From NCBI GenBank assembly GCA_018304505.1, contig JAGVWA010000020.1, positions 1 through 36,880 on the forward strand: a DNA stretch of 36,880 nt, written 5' to 3'. The DNA comes from Nanobdellati archaeon. GTDB taxonomy: Archaea; B1Sed10-29; JAGVWA01. The notes beneath the pieces were generated by a model. The model was not told the DNA's origin. It was given only the letters and a program-made list of their open reading frames with translations, and searched no databases. The position numbers and the translations under genes are program-made. Positions 9,128-17,201 of the stretch are shown piece after piece; the first letter of the stretch is position 1, and each line of letters opens with the position of its first letter.

Positions 9128-10650
9128 TGGAGAAGGGATTAATAATGGATAAAGAGTTAGAGGGCTATGAAATAACCGCAGCGGGCCTGGTGGCAAGGAT
9201 CTCGATCGTGGACGAGGGAAAGTTCGTGCCGCGCTACAAGGTAACGTTTCCCCAAATCGGTCACGCCACGTTAATGATTCTGGATAGCGTCAGGGACGAA
9301 TTGATTAAGCAGACAACGGTAAAGGCCAAGGAGATACTTGATCCAAAAATTGCGAGGATCATACAGAAGAGGTTCGCTGACAAGGCCGAGGAATTAGTGT
9401 CGCGTTATTTTCCTGGCATTGATACAATAAGCAAGGGCGAGCTCGTTGGCCTTCTCGTGAACGACATGGTTGGCCTTGGAGAAATCGAGGTGCCCCTAAA
9501 TGACGACGCCCTCGAGGAAATCGTAATCAACAACGCTGCAGAGCCCCTGTGGGTTTACCACAAGCGCTACGGCTGGTTGGTGACTAACATTACTTTGGAG
9601 GACGAGGAAAAAATAAAAGACTATGCAAACCTAATCGGCCGGCGGGTTGGAAGGCAGATAAATACCCTGACACCGCTTATGGATGCTCACATGCTCGAGG
9701 GAGACCGTGTCAACTCAACCCTGTTCCCGATTTCTACAAAGGGCAACACGGTAACAATTAGGAAATTTGCGAGAAAACCGTGGACTGTGACAGACCTTAT
9801 TCAACTGAAAACCTTTAATGATGAAATTGCGGCCTTGCTCTGGCTGGCAATGCAGTATGAATTAAACGTGCTTGTCAGCGGTGGAACCGGTAGCGGTAAG
9901 ACGAGTGCGCTCAACGTGCTCATGCCCTTTGTTCAGCCAAATCAGCGCATCTTGTCAATTGAAGACACGCGCGAATTGAACCTGCCGAGTTATCAGCATT
10001 GGGTTCCAATGACGACAAGGGATCCGAATCCCGAGGGCAAGGGGGAAGTAACAATGCTTGACCTGATGTTGAATGGGCTCAGGATGAGGCCCGACCGGAT
10101 AGTTGTCGGTGAAATCAGAAAGCGGGCAGAGGCCGAGACCTTGTTTGAAGCGATGCACACCGGCCACGCGGTATACTCAACGCTGCACGCAGATCGTGCT
10201 GAACAGGTCAAGCGAAGGCTGACAACGCAACCAATAGACATTTCAGAAGCCCTTCTGGAATCATTGCACATCGTGCTGGTGCAGTACAGGCACCGTAGGC
10301 TGGGCATAAGAAGAACCCTTGAGCTGGCAGAAGTAGTCCCGGTCGGCGCCGGGGGTGATGAAGTTACCATAGACATGCGCACGCTTTACAGGTGGAAGCC
10401 GCGTCAGGACACTATTATGAGAGAGAAGCCGTCTGTGCGGCTATTCGGCGAAATCGAGTCACTGACGGGTTTGCTTGAGTCGGAAATCAAAGAAGACCTG
10501 GAACAAAAGAAGTCAATTTTGAAGTGGATGGTTAACCAAAACATAAACGACGTTGACGTGGTCGGGACTCTGATGGCCAGGTACTACCGTGACCCCAGCG
10601 ATTTAATCAAGCTCGCAAGGATTAATAAGCCATTCACGCCCGAAGAATAG
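9124..10650 (+). CDS. CpaF/TadA/VirB11-family type IV pilus assembly ATPase
   Basis: Walker A GGTGSGKT, SIEDTREL, LRMRPDRIVVGEIR, His box TGHAVYSTLHA; alternative starts 9127/9145. Confidence 0.95.
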   Translation: MMEKGLIMDKELEGYEITAAGLVARISIVDEGKFVPRYKVTFPQIGHATLMILDSVRDELIKQTTVKAKEILDPKIARIIQKRFADKAEELVSRYFPGIDTISKGELVGLLVNDMVGLGEIEVPLNDDALEEIVINNAAEPLWVYHKRYGWLVTNITLEDEEKIKDYANLIGRRVGRQINTLTPLMDAHMLEGDRVNSTLFPISTKGNTVTIRKFARKPWTVTDLIQLKTFNDEIAALLWLAMQYELNVLVSGGTGSGKTSALNVLMPFVQPNQRILSIEDTRELNLPSYQHWVPMTTRDPNPEGKGEVTMLDLMLNGLRMRPDRIVVGEIRKRAEAETLFEAMHTGHAVYSTLHADRAEQVKRRLTTQPIDISEALLESLHIVLVQYRHRRLGIRRTLELAEVVPVGAGGDEVTIDMRTLYRWKPRQDTIMREKPSVRLFGEIESLTGLLESEIKEDLEQKKSILKWMVNQNINDVDVVGTLMARYYRDPSDLIKLARINKPFTPEE

Positions 10651-10673
10651 CGGTTTCAAATAGCGGTTTTACA

Positions 10674-11567
10674 ATGATTAAGTTACCTTTCCTCCCAATA
10701 AGCATCGAAAGGCTGGAGCGCATATCGAGAGTTTTTCTAGGGGTCGGGAAGCAACTTGAAGGCATGTTTCCGTTTCTTGAATCAGACCTGATCCAGCTTG
10801 AGGAGGACATTGAAGCGAAGCAGTACCTGTCCATCGCAATAATCGCCTCGATTTATGGATTTGTAATGGCGTTAGTGCTAACGTATTTACTGGTAACGAC
10901 TACCCTTAGTGGATCGGCCGGCCAGCTGATGATTTATATTCCAGTAGCAGGGCTCGTATTGGGGCTAGTGACATTTCTCCAGACCGTTTACTATCCAAGG
11001 TTGCTGCTGCAGAAAAAGGCAAAACGCCTGAACCGTGATTTGTTGTTTGCCTTGCGCCATATTCTTGTGCAGCTGAATTCAGGAGTGCCATTGTACGAGT
11101 CAATGGTCTCTGTGGCATCCGGGGACTATGGCGTTGTGAGCGAGGAATTTGGAAAGGCGATTAAGGAAATCACTAGCGGTGGCGTGTCTCAGACTGACGC
11201 GTTGGAGAACATGATAGTCAGAACCCCGTCAACGTTCTTGCGCAGGGCGGTTTGGCAGATCTCCAACGCGCTCAAGGCCGGCTCTGACCTTGTTATGGTA
11301 ATGTCTGATCTTGTAAAGGATTTTTCAGAAGAGCAGAGGGTGACGATCCAGCGCTTTGGCAGGGAACTGAGCCCGTGGGCCCTGATGTACCTTCTGCTTA
11401 CAGTGGTTTTTCCGAGCATGGGTGTCGCCCTCATTATTATTCTGAGCTCGTTTATAGGGTTTGAAGTCGGCGCAGACTTCCTTCTCTCCCTTACAGGGGC
11501 CTTTATAGCGATGCAGTTCTTCTTCATTAAGTTCCTAAAAAGCAAGAGGCCGGACGTGAGAATATGA
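10674..11567 (+). CDS. Type II secretion F / TadB-TadC-like membrane platform protein
   Basis: DLLFALRHILVQLNSGVPLY...YGVVSEEF; multiple TM segments; follows the ATPase. Confidence 0.9.
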   Translation: MIKLPFLPISIERLERISRVFLGVGKQLEGMFPFLESDLIQLEEDIEAKQYLSIAIIASIYGFVMALVLTYLLVTTTLSGSAGQLMIYIPVAGLVLGLVTFLQTVYYPRLLLQKKAKRLNRDLLFALRHILVQLNSGVPLYESMVSVASGDYGVVSEEFGKAIKEITSGGVSQTDALENMIVRTPSTFLRRAVWQISNALKAGSDLVMVMSDLVKDFSEEQRVTIQRFGRELSPWALMYLLLTVVFPSMGVALIIILSSFIGFEVGADFLLSLTGAFIAMQFFFIKFLKSKRPDVRI

Positions 11568-12577
11568 AGCTCAGCGACAGGGTATACTTTACTGTGCAGA
11601 AGTTTTTGCCCAGGTTCTATGTTGAAATAATTAGCAGGAAGATACGGTATGCCAACATCAAGATCCAAAAAGAGGTGTGGGCAGGCTTTACATTCATGGT
11701 ATCGCTTTTCATTTCGATATTAATCACAGTGGTTATGGCTTCTCAAACCCAGTCGCAGGGTCTGCTGATAGCGTTTTTCCTTGGGGTGTTCTTCGCAGTG
11801 TCGTATACTATATATGTTATTGTGCAGCTAATGTCAGACCAGCGTACGCAACAGATAGAAAATGTATTGCCAGACGCGCTGAGGTTGATTTCGGCCAACA
11901 TAAAAGTTGGCATTACGCCTGACAAGGCGCTGTTTCTGTCAGCGCGCCCTGAGTTTGGGGTCTTCAGCGACGAGATACTACGCGTAGCTGAGGAAACGAT
12001 AGCTGGAAAGACAATTATGCAGGCTATGGTAAGAATGACCGATAGAACCGAATCGGTCTTGTTGAAGCGCGTCGTGGAGCTCATTAATGAGGGCCTGAAT
12101 TCAGGCGGCGAGCTGGCTTCCTTGCTTGAGAAAACCGCTGACGACATAAGGGTGTCAAGTGTATTGAATCAGGAGATACAATCAAACATAGGCAGCTACG
12201 TGATTTTCATGATGCTCGCCGTACTCATCGCAGCGCCGATGCTCTACGCAACGTCGATGAATTTTATTGTGTTGACAGATAGCATAAAGCAGTCCATAGG
12301 CCTGGAAGCGCTTTCGCAAGCAGCAGTGACAGGCGTCAACATCCCATTCATCGGGTCATCCAAGCAGATAAGCATAGACTTCGGGGCCCTGAGGCTGTTT
12401 TCAGTGATCAACATTTCGATCTCGGCGTTCTTTGCGTCCATGCTGCTCGGTATATTCAGGGATGGCCAGGAGCGCACAGGCCTACCCTATGTGCCGGTTT
12501 TCATCATTGGCGGTCTCCTTGTTTATTTCATCGCAGACGCGCTCATTGGGGGCCTGATGGCGGGTTTCTTCAGCTAA
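11564..12577 (+). CDS. Type II secretion F / TadC-like membrane platform protein
   Basis: IENVLPDALRLISANIKVGITPDKAL...RPEFG; SGGELASLL. Confidence 0.9.
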   Translation: MKLSDRVYFTVQKFLPRFYVEIISRKIRYANIKIQKEVWAGFTFMVSLFISILITVVMASQTQSQGLLIAFFLGVFFAVSYTIYVIVQLMSDQRTQQIENVLPDALRLISANIKVGITPDKALFLSARPEFGVFSDEILRVAEETIAGKTIMQAMVRMTDRTESVLLKRVVELINEGLNSGGELASLLEKTADDIRVSSVLNQEIQSNIGSYVIFMMLAVLIAAPMLYATSMNFIVLTDSIKQSIGLEALSQAAVTGVNIPFIGSSKQISIDFGALRLFSVINISISAFFASMLLGIFRDGQERTGLPYVPVFIIGGLLVYFIADALIGGLMAGFFS

Positions 12578-12596
12578 TTGCGCGCTCATGGTAAGC

Positions 12597-12656
12597 TTTA
12601 TAAAGGAATCATGCCTTTTTACAATTAAATCCTAATAATGGGAAATCCTAATAATG
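12597..12656 (+). promoter_or_regulatory. TATA box (TTTATAAA 12597-12604) and 14-bp direct repeat upstream of pilin 1
   Basis: AAATCCTAATAATG at 12627-12640 and 12643-12656; GAGGTG RBS before ATG 12670. Confidence 0.55.
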
Positions 12657-12669
12657 AGAGGTGTATAAT

Positions 12670-13128
12670 ATGAGAAAAGGACAAGGCGCGTTCGAGTACA
12701 TCATGACCTACGGATGGGCAATCATCATCGTGATTATTGTCGGAATCATCCTGTACAACTCAGGTGTGTTCGGCCAAGCAACAGAAAGCCAGCAAGGGTT
12801 CATTAGAATCAGGCCCGCAGACTTCATATTCGGGGTCAACAACGCCTCAGTGAATGGAACCTCAACAATTGTCTGGGACAACGTCGCAGGACAGTCTTTG
12901 AAGGACGTCAACATCACCTATGATGGCGACCAAGACGGCGTCTTTGAAGACCAGGGATTCAGCGGAAACATCAAGGCAGGAAAAAGAGAAACGGATTCGC
13001 TGTTCATTTCAAGTCTTGAGTGTGGCGATGGAGATGCAGCGGTTGTTGACGCAAAGGTTTCATACAGAACAGAAGCGGGCGTAACAAGGACTGAAACTGG
13101 AACCATTAGAGGAACCTGTTCAGCTTAA
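12670..13128 (+). CDS. Archaeal type IV pilin 1 (candidate major pilin)
   Basis: MRKG|QGAFEYIMTYGWAIIIVIIVGIILY; sequons NAS/NGT/NIT; C-terminal Cys pair. Confidence 0.9.
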   Translation: MRKGQGAFEYIMTYGWAIIIVIIVGIILYNSGVFGQATESQQGFIRIRPADFIFGVNNASVNGTSTIVWDNVAGQSLKDVNITYDGDQDGVFEDQGFSGNIKAGKRETDSLFISSLECGDGDAAVVDAKVSYRTEAGVTRTETGTIRGTCSA

Positions 13129-13138
13129 AACCACAACT

Positions 13139-13178
13139 AACCCCGCACGGGGTTTTTTATCTATTTTTTTATTTTTTA
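13139..13178 (+). terminator. Hairpin plus T-tract terminator after pilin 1
   Basis: AACCCCG-CA-CGGGGTT followed by several oligo-T runs. Confidence 0.7.
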
Positions 13179-13221
13179 TTTCCCATAGCAGCAGCAATTT
13201 TTTCAAATAGTAGTAGCAATG

Positions 13222-13229
13222 TTTATAAA
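13222..13229 (+). promoter_or_regulatory. TATA box for pilin 2
   Basis: TTTATAAA about 50 nt upstream of ATG 13279. Confidence 0.5.
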
Positions 13230-13278
13230 TGCGCGTGCCCTTATTTTGTATAAACAACAAACGCAGAGAAAGATTCAC

Positions 13279-13737
13279 ATGAGAAAAGGTCAAGGCGCGT
13301 TCGAGTACATCATGACCTACGGATGGGCCATACTCATCATCATTATAGTGGGCATCATCCTGTACAACGCAGGCGTTTTTGGCCAGTCGACTGAAAGCCA
13401 CCAGGGCTTCATTAAGGTACGGCCTGCCGATTTCTCATTCGGGGTCAACAACGCCTCAGTAAATGGGACTTCAACTATCGTGTGGGATAATGTCGCGGGC
13501 CAGAACCTGAAGAACATGAACATCACTTATGACGGGGATCAAAACGGGGTCTTTGAAACACAGGGCCTAACCGGAACAATCGGCACCGGCAACAGAAGGA
13601 CAGACTCTGTTTTCATTTCAGGCCTCAGTTGCCAAGACGGCGAGGCCGCAGTCGTTGACGTCAAGGTTAGCTATACCACGGAAACAAAGATCACCAAGAC
13701 AGAAACAGGAACCATCAGGGGAACTTGTGAAGAATGA
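13279..13737 (+). CDS. Archaeal type IV pilin 2 (close paralog of pilin 1)
   Basis: MRKG|QGAFEYIMTYGWAILIIIIVGIILY; colinear with pilin 1 and sharing FGVNNASVNGTSTIVWDNVAGQ. Confidence 0.9.
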   Translation: MRKGQGAFEYIMTYGWAILIIIIVGIILYNAGVFGQSTESHQGFIKVRPADFSFGVNNASVNGTSTIVWDNVAGQNLKNMNITYDGDQNGVFETQGLTGTIGTGNRRTDSVFISGLSCQDGEAAVVDVKVSYTTETKITKTETGTIRGTCEE

Positions 13738-13776
13738 GCAAGGCACTTGTGAAGAATGAGCAAGGAACTTGCGAAG
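13721..13776 (+). repeat. 22-bp tandem repeat (2.5 copies) spanning the pilin 2 stop codon
   Basis: GAACTTGTGAAGAATGAGCAAG / GCACTTGTGAAGAATGAGCAAG / GAACTTGCGAAG. Confidence 0.9.
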
Positions 13777-13846
13777 CCTAATCCTGATTGGTAGCTTTTT
13801 TCTTTATCATCATAAGCCTTATAAACAGCCACTGCCTTTTTAGAAC

Positions 13847-14290
13847 ATGACGGTAGGCAAAAAGGGCCAAGGTGCAATGGAATACCTGATGAGTTATGGC
13901 TGGGCGCTAATAATAGTTTTGATCATCGGAATTGTGCTGTTTAACTCAGGCGTGTTCGACCAGAACGCCGAAAGCGCGACAGGCTGGATGCGCATACGGC
14001 CGAGCAACTTTAGATTCTCAATGACAAACCCGTCGCAGATCGCGTGGGACAACGTTGCCGGGCAGTCACTGCGAAATGTGACATTCACATACTCGGGGGA
14101 CTGCGTTGAACCTGCAGCGACAATTGGAAACATGGCTCAGGGCGCGCGAATAATAGACGCTGTCACGTGTAGCACAACCTGCTCGCCAATCGGCGCGGGC
14201 CTCGTGGTAAACGCAACAGTTGAGTATAGGACAGAGGACACCATTGAGCACAAGGAAGCTGTGAAAATCAGGGCGCTGTGTGAAACATGA
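13847..14290 (+). CDS. Archaeal type IV pilin 3 (more divergent paralog)
   Basis: KKG|QGAMEYLMSYGWALIIVLIIG; shared WDNVAGQSL motif; TATA-like CTTATAAA at 13818-13825 suggests a leaderless transcript. Confidence 0.9.
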   Translation: MTVGKKGQGAMEYLMSYGWALIIVLIIGIVLFNSGVFDQNAESATGWMRIRPSNFRFSMTNPSQIAWDNVAGQSLRNVTFTYSGDCVEPAATIGNMAQGARIIDAVTCSTTCSPIGAGLVVNATVEYRTEDTIEHKEAVKIRALCET

Positions 14291-14320
14291 TTTGAGCAAA
14301 ACGCAAATGAGTGATGATTT

Positions 14321-14995
14321 ATGGATAGGGTAAAAACCAACATAAGCGGCTTCGATGACTTAATAGACGGCGGGATTCCGAGGGGGTCATCGGTGCTGCT
14401 GTCAGGCCCATGCGGCGCTGGCAAGGTTTACTTTGCATCGGAATTCCTGTACAAGGGAGCAGAGCCGAGCATTTATTACGCGTTTGAGCAGAGCCAGGAA
14501 TCCATGAAGGAAAACCTGTCGGTCTTCAATTGGGACATGGACAAGGCCATAAAGGGAAAGCAGTTCAACATTATCCAGAGCGAATTGTATCAATTTGAGT
14601 CATTCCTGTCAGACCTGGAGGACAACATTGAAAAAACGGGCGCAGCGAGGGTCGTCGTTGATTCATTGACAGTGATTGGGGAATTCTTTGACTCGCCGTA
14701 CAAGCTGCGCAAGAGCCTGCTTGAGCTGAAACGGATGGTAAAAAACAATGACGCGACGGCTATCCTATTGTCTGAAACACCCGCAAACACTGATAAGCTT
14801 AGCACGTTTGGCTCAGAAGAATTCGTTCTCGATGGTGTCATCCTGCTGCACTTGATAAAAAGCCAGACTGAGCTCAACCACGCGGTGAGTGTTCGAAAAA
14901 TGATCGGCACGAACTTTGCCTCAACAATACACCCGTTCGAGATCCGTAACACAGGGCTTAAGGTGCACAAGATCCGGGAACTCAGGGGCTTATGA
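14321..14995 (+). CDS. KaiC/RecA-superfamily single-domain ATPase (RAD55/GvpD/FlaH-like)
   Basis: RVKTNISGFDDLIDGGIPRGSSVLLSGPCGAGKV, Walker B RVVVDS, DGVILL...VRKM. Confidence 0.88.
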   Translation: MDRVKTNISGFDDLIDGGIPRGSSVLLSGPCGAGKVYFASEFLYKGAEPSIYYAFEQSQESMKENLSVFNWDMDKAIKGKQFNIIQSELYQFESFLSDLEDNIEKTGAARVVVDSLTVIGEFFDSPYKLRKSLLELKRMVKNNDATAILLSETPANTDKLSTFGSEEFVLDGVILLHLIKSQTELNHAVSVRKMIGTNFASTIHPFEIRNTGLKVHKIRELRGL

Positions 14996-15499
14996 GCCTT
15001 TCAGGAAATCGTTTATCTGCTTGATCTGCTTTTGTATACCCTGCTTTTCTTTCTTGTTGTCCATCTGATCCATAACTGATCCGCATTCAGAGCACTTGAA
15101 GTCATATTCAAACGCCAGTTCAAAGGGCAGTTTTTCGCAGCCTCTGGAACACTTAAAGAAAACATAACTCTCCTCGAAATCAAGCTGCTTCTCGAGCCCC
15201 CGGAGTTTTTCCTGATACCGCTCATTCAATAACTCCAGCGCACGCTCTTTTTTCACGTACCACGTGTACGTGTACCAGTTGCTGTCAGTGGCTTTTTCTT
15301 TTGTGTAGATTATTATTCCAAGATAATGCAGCTTGTTGAGCGCTGCGCGGATTCTGTTAACGTCAAATTTTGTTAATTTAGAAATTCCCTCGTCTGTCAG
15401 GCCGCCTTTTGCGAGCGACCGCATAACCTTGTATGAGTCATCGCCTGCATTTGCAACGATAAAATCACGAACAAGAGGATCATTCATCTTCAAAGCCAT
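14990..15499 (-). CDS. tfe: Transcription factor E (TFIIE-alpha homolog)
   Basis: wHTH (TDEGIS...IRAALNKLHYLG), WYTYTW motif, Zn ribbon (C..GC...FKCSECG). Confidence 0.92.
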   Translation of the reverse strand: MALKMNDPLVRDFIVANAGDDSYKVMRSLAKGGLTDEGISKLTKFDVNRIRAALNKLHYLGIIIYTKEKATDSNWYTYTWYVKKERALELLNERYQEKLRGLEKQLDFEESYVFFKCSRGCEKLPFELAFEYDFKCSECGSVMDQMDNKKEKQGIQKQIKQINDFLKGS

Positions 15500-15572
15500 T
15501 AAAACCCCAACTCGCTTTATAGTTTGTGAACTACATTCTATATTAATCTACCGCGACGCCGGCGATTTGTTT

Positions 15573-16079
15573 TTATACTAGTTTTTTTCCGCGTTTCTGT
15601 GGAATGATTTTCTTTCCCCCGCTGAAATCCGGAACAGGCTGGAGCACGTTCAAAAACACAGCCAAGGCTGCAACCTCACTATGAGGTTGATTTCCTATTG
15701 CGATGTTGTAATCCGCAAGCTGGTAGACCTCTCCCGGAACTTTTTGCCCACCTATGATGACAAGCATATCGCGAGGCACGGATTTTATTTTATTTTTGAT
15801 GCCTTCTAATTCGCTTTCAAGCGGCAGGCCGTACATCGTTAAGTGTACCTTCACACCTGTGAATTCGGTGATTATGCGCCGCCAATTTCTCTCGTACCTT
15901 GTCTTGAAATCGCCGCCGAAATTCCGCGCGACTTTGTCAATGCTTTCCATCAGTTTGTCATCGCGCTCGCCTGAAAAAATTATTTCATCTGCCCCAAATG
16001 CGCGTGCGACAAGGCCACAGTGCGTGCTGATCCGGTGATCCCTAACGTGCCTGTGCCCCAACCTCAATACCGTAATCAT
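15573..16079 (-). CDS. trm56: tRNA (cytidine(56)-2'-O)-methyltransferase, aTrm56 (SPOUT)
   Basis: VLRLGHRHVRDHRISTHCGLVARAFGA, VHLTMYG, IGGQKVPGEVYQLADYNIAIGNQPHSEVAALAVFL; start moved to 16079. Confidence 0.95.
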   Translation of the reverse strand: MITVLRLGHRHVRDHRISTHCGLVARAFGADEIIFSGERDDKLMESIDKVARNFGGDFKTRYERNWRRIITEFTGVKVHLTMYGLPLESELEGIKNKIKSVPRDMLVIIGGQKVPGEVYQLADYNIAIGNQPHSEVAALAVFLNVLQPVPDFSGGKKIIPQKRGKKLV

Positions 16080-16184
16080 TAAGCCACCATTAAATCTGAG
16101 ATATGAAATCGGAATCAATGTTATCCTAAAGTATTTAAAGCCAATGAATCTATAATAAGCTGCTCTTTCTGCGTAAATGAGTAA

Positions 16185-16291
16185 GGGCCCGTAGCTCAGT
16201 CTCCAACCAAAACTCAGGTCTTGGCTGGCTGAATTGGCAGAGCGCCTGGCTTTTAACCAGGGTGTCAGGGGTTCAAATCCCCCCGGGCTCG
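16185..16291 (+). tRNA. tRNA-Lys(UUU) with a 33-nt non-canonical D-loop intron (16202-16234)
   Basis: Acceptor GGGCCCG/CGGGCTC, anticodon arm CCTGG-CTTTTAA-CCAGG, T-loop TTCAAAT; removing 16202-16234 restores GCTCAGTCTGGCAGAGC; TCAG/CTGA helix with 3-nt bulges. Confidence 0.92.
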
Positions 16292-16590
16292 CTAATAGGG
16301 CTTCGCATGCAACGAAGCATAGCTTCGTTGATGATTTGAAAAACAGTGTTTTTCAAATTTTACAAACGTGAAGCGTTCTGTCAAATCTCAAGGAACCCTG
16401 TTCCTTGCAGATCTCCTGTATCCATGGAGTGCATTTGACAGAAACCCTTTGGGTTTTGTCAATTTCGACAAAAGGGTTTTCAAAATCTCGCTTCGCTCGG
16501 TAGCACGGGGGTTTCCTCTGCGAACTGCGTTCTTTGCAGACACCCTCACTTCGTGCGATGTAGAGCGGTTCTGAGCAGTGGTTTTTTTCA
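16292..16590. repeat. Hairpin-dense non-coding element downstream of tRNA-Lys
   Basis: Successive inverted repeats: CAACGAAGC-ATA-GCTTCGTTG, TTTGAAAAACA-G-TGTTTTTCAAA, CAAGGAAC-CCT-GTTCCTTG, TTCTGTCAAAT...ATTTGACAGAA. Confidence 0.7.
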
Positions 16591-16649
16591 CGTCTCATAA
16601 AGTTTCATAGAAAGCCATATAAAGAATACAGAGGAGAATTATCAATAAC

Positions 16650-16723
16650 GGGGAGGTAGCTCAGCTCGGGAGAGCGCCACGCTGAAGACGTGGATGTCGC
16701 GTGTTCAAATCACGCCCTTCCCA
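16650..16723 (+). tRNA. tRNA-Phe(GAA)
   Basis: GGGGAGG/CCTTCCC acceptor, CCACG-CTGAAGA-CGTGG anticodon arm, GCGTG-TTCAAAT-CACGC T arm; CCA not encoded. Confidence 0.95.
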
Positions 16724-16887
16724 TTAGCCTTTGGCACGCCAAAGGTTGGCGAATATGAAAAAGCAAGGCTTTTTCAATTCTCAACAAATCCTTTGATTTG
16801 TTGCAGAAAGGCGATTCGTACCATCGCTTAGCGATGGCGCAGCAGAGTGCCTGTACGCCCTCGGGCGTTTGAATCACGCCCTTCCCA
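16724..16887. repeat. Hairpin-dense element ending in a 16-bp copy of the tRNA-Phe 3' end (att-like)
   Basis: AATCACGCCCTTCCCA at 16708-16723 and 16872-16887; internal hairpins CCTTTGGC-AC-GCCAAAGG, TGAAAAAGC-AAG-GCTTTTTCA, CAACAAATC-CTTT-GATTTGTTG, CCATCGCT-T-AGCGATGG. Confidence 0.8.
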
Positions 16888-16993
16888 CAAAATTCTTTTT
16901 CTGTGCAACTGAATACTTTGCTGCACTCAGTTTATGCATTACTATGCTTTTATATAGAAGTACGTTATATAACTTACCTGTAAGTGAAAATAG

Positions 16994-17200
16994 ATGAAAT
17001 GCACCATTCAACCAACACGACATGCAAAGGATAAGATGATTGAAAGAGGAATTAGCAAGCAAGAAGTTCTTGATGCAATAACCAAGGGTGCGAAGCGAAG
17101 ACAAGAGTACAAGATTGTTTCAAGGTATCGTTGGGTTGAAGTAGTATTCATTCAAAAACCGTGCCACTACTATCTGATAACCGTTTATTGGGAGAGATAA
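16994..17200 (+). CDS. DUF4258-like (BrnT/RelE-fold) putative toxin
   Basis: TRHAKDKMIERGISKQEVLDAI...YLITVY; palindrome ACTTAC-CT-GTAAGT upstream (16972-16985). Confidence 0.8.
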   Translation: MKCTIQPTRHAKDKMIERGISKQEVLDAITKGAKRRQEYKIVSRYRWVEVVFIQKPCHYYLITVYWER

Positions 17201-17201
17201 T

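Noticed and set aside
13721-13776. Possible CRISPR array
   Set aside because: Repeats are directly adjacent with no spacers, only 2.5 copies, and there are no cas genes in the window
9124-14995. Archaellum operon
   Set aside because: Filament genes have pilin-type QGAxEY N-termini rather than archaellin ones; two TadB/C-type genes instead of a single ArlJ; no ArlF/G or chemotaxis genes
16353-16598. Short ORFs on both strands between tRNA-Lys and tRNA-Phe
   Set aside because: They lie in palindrome-rich DNA with no recognisable motif; better explained as non-coding structure
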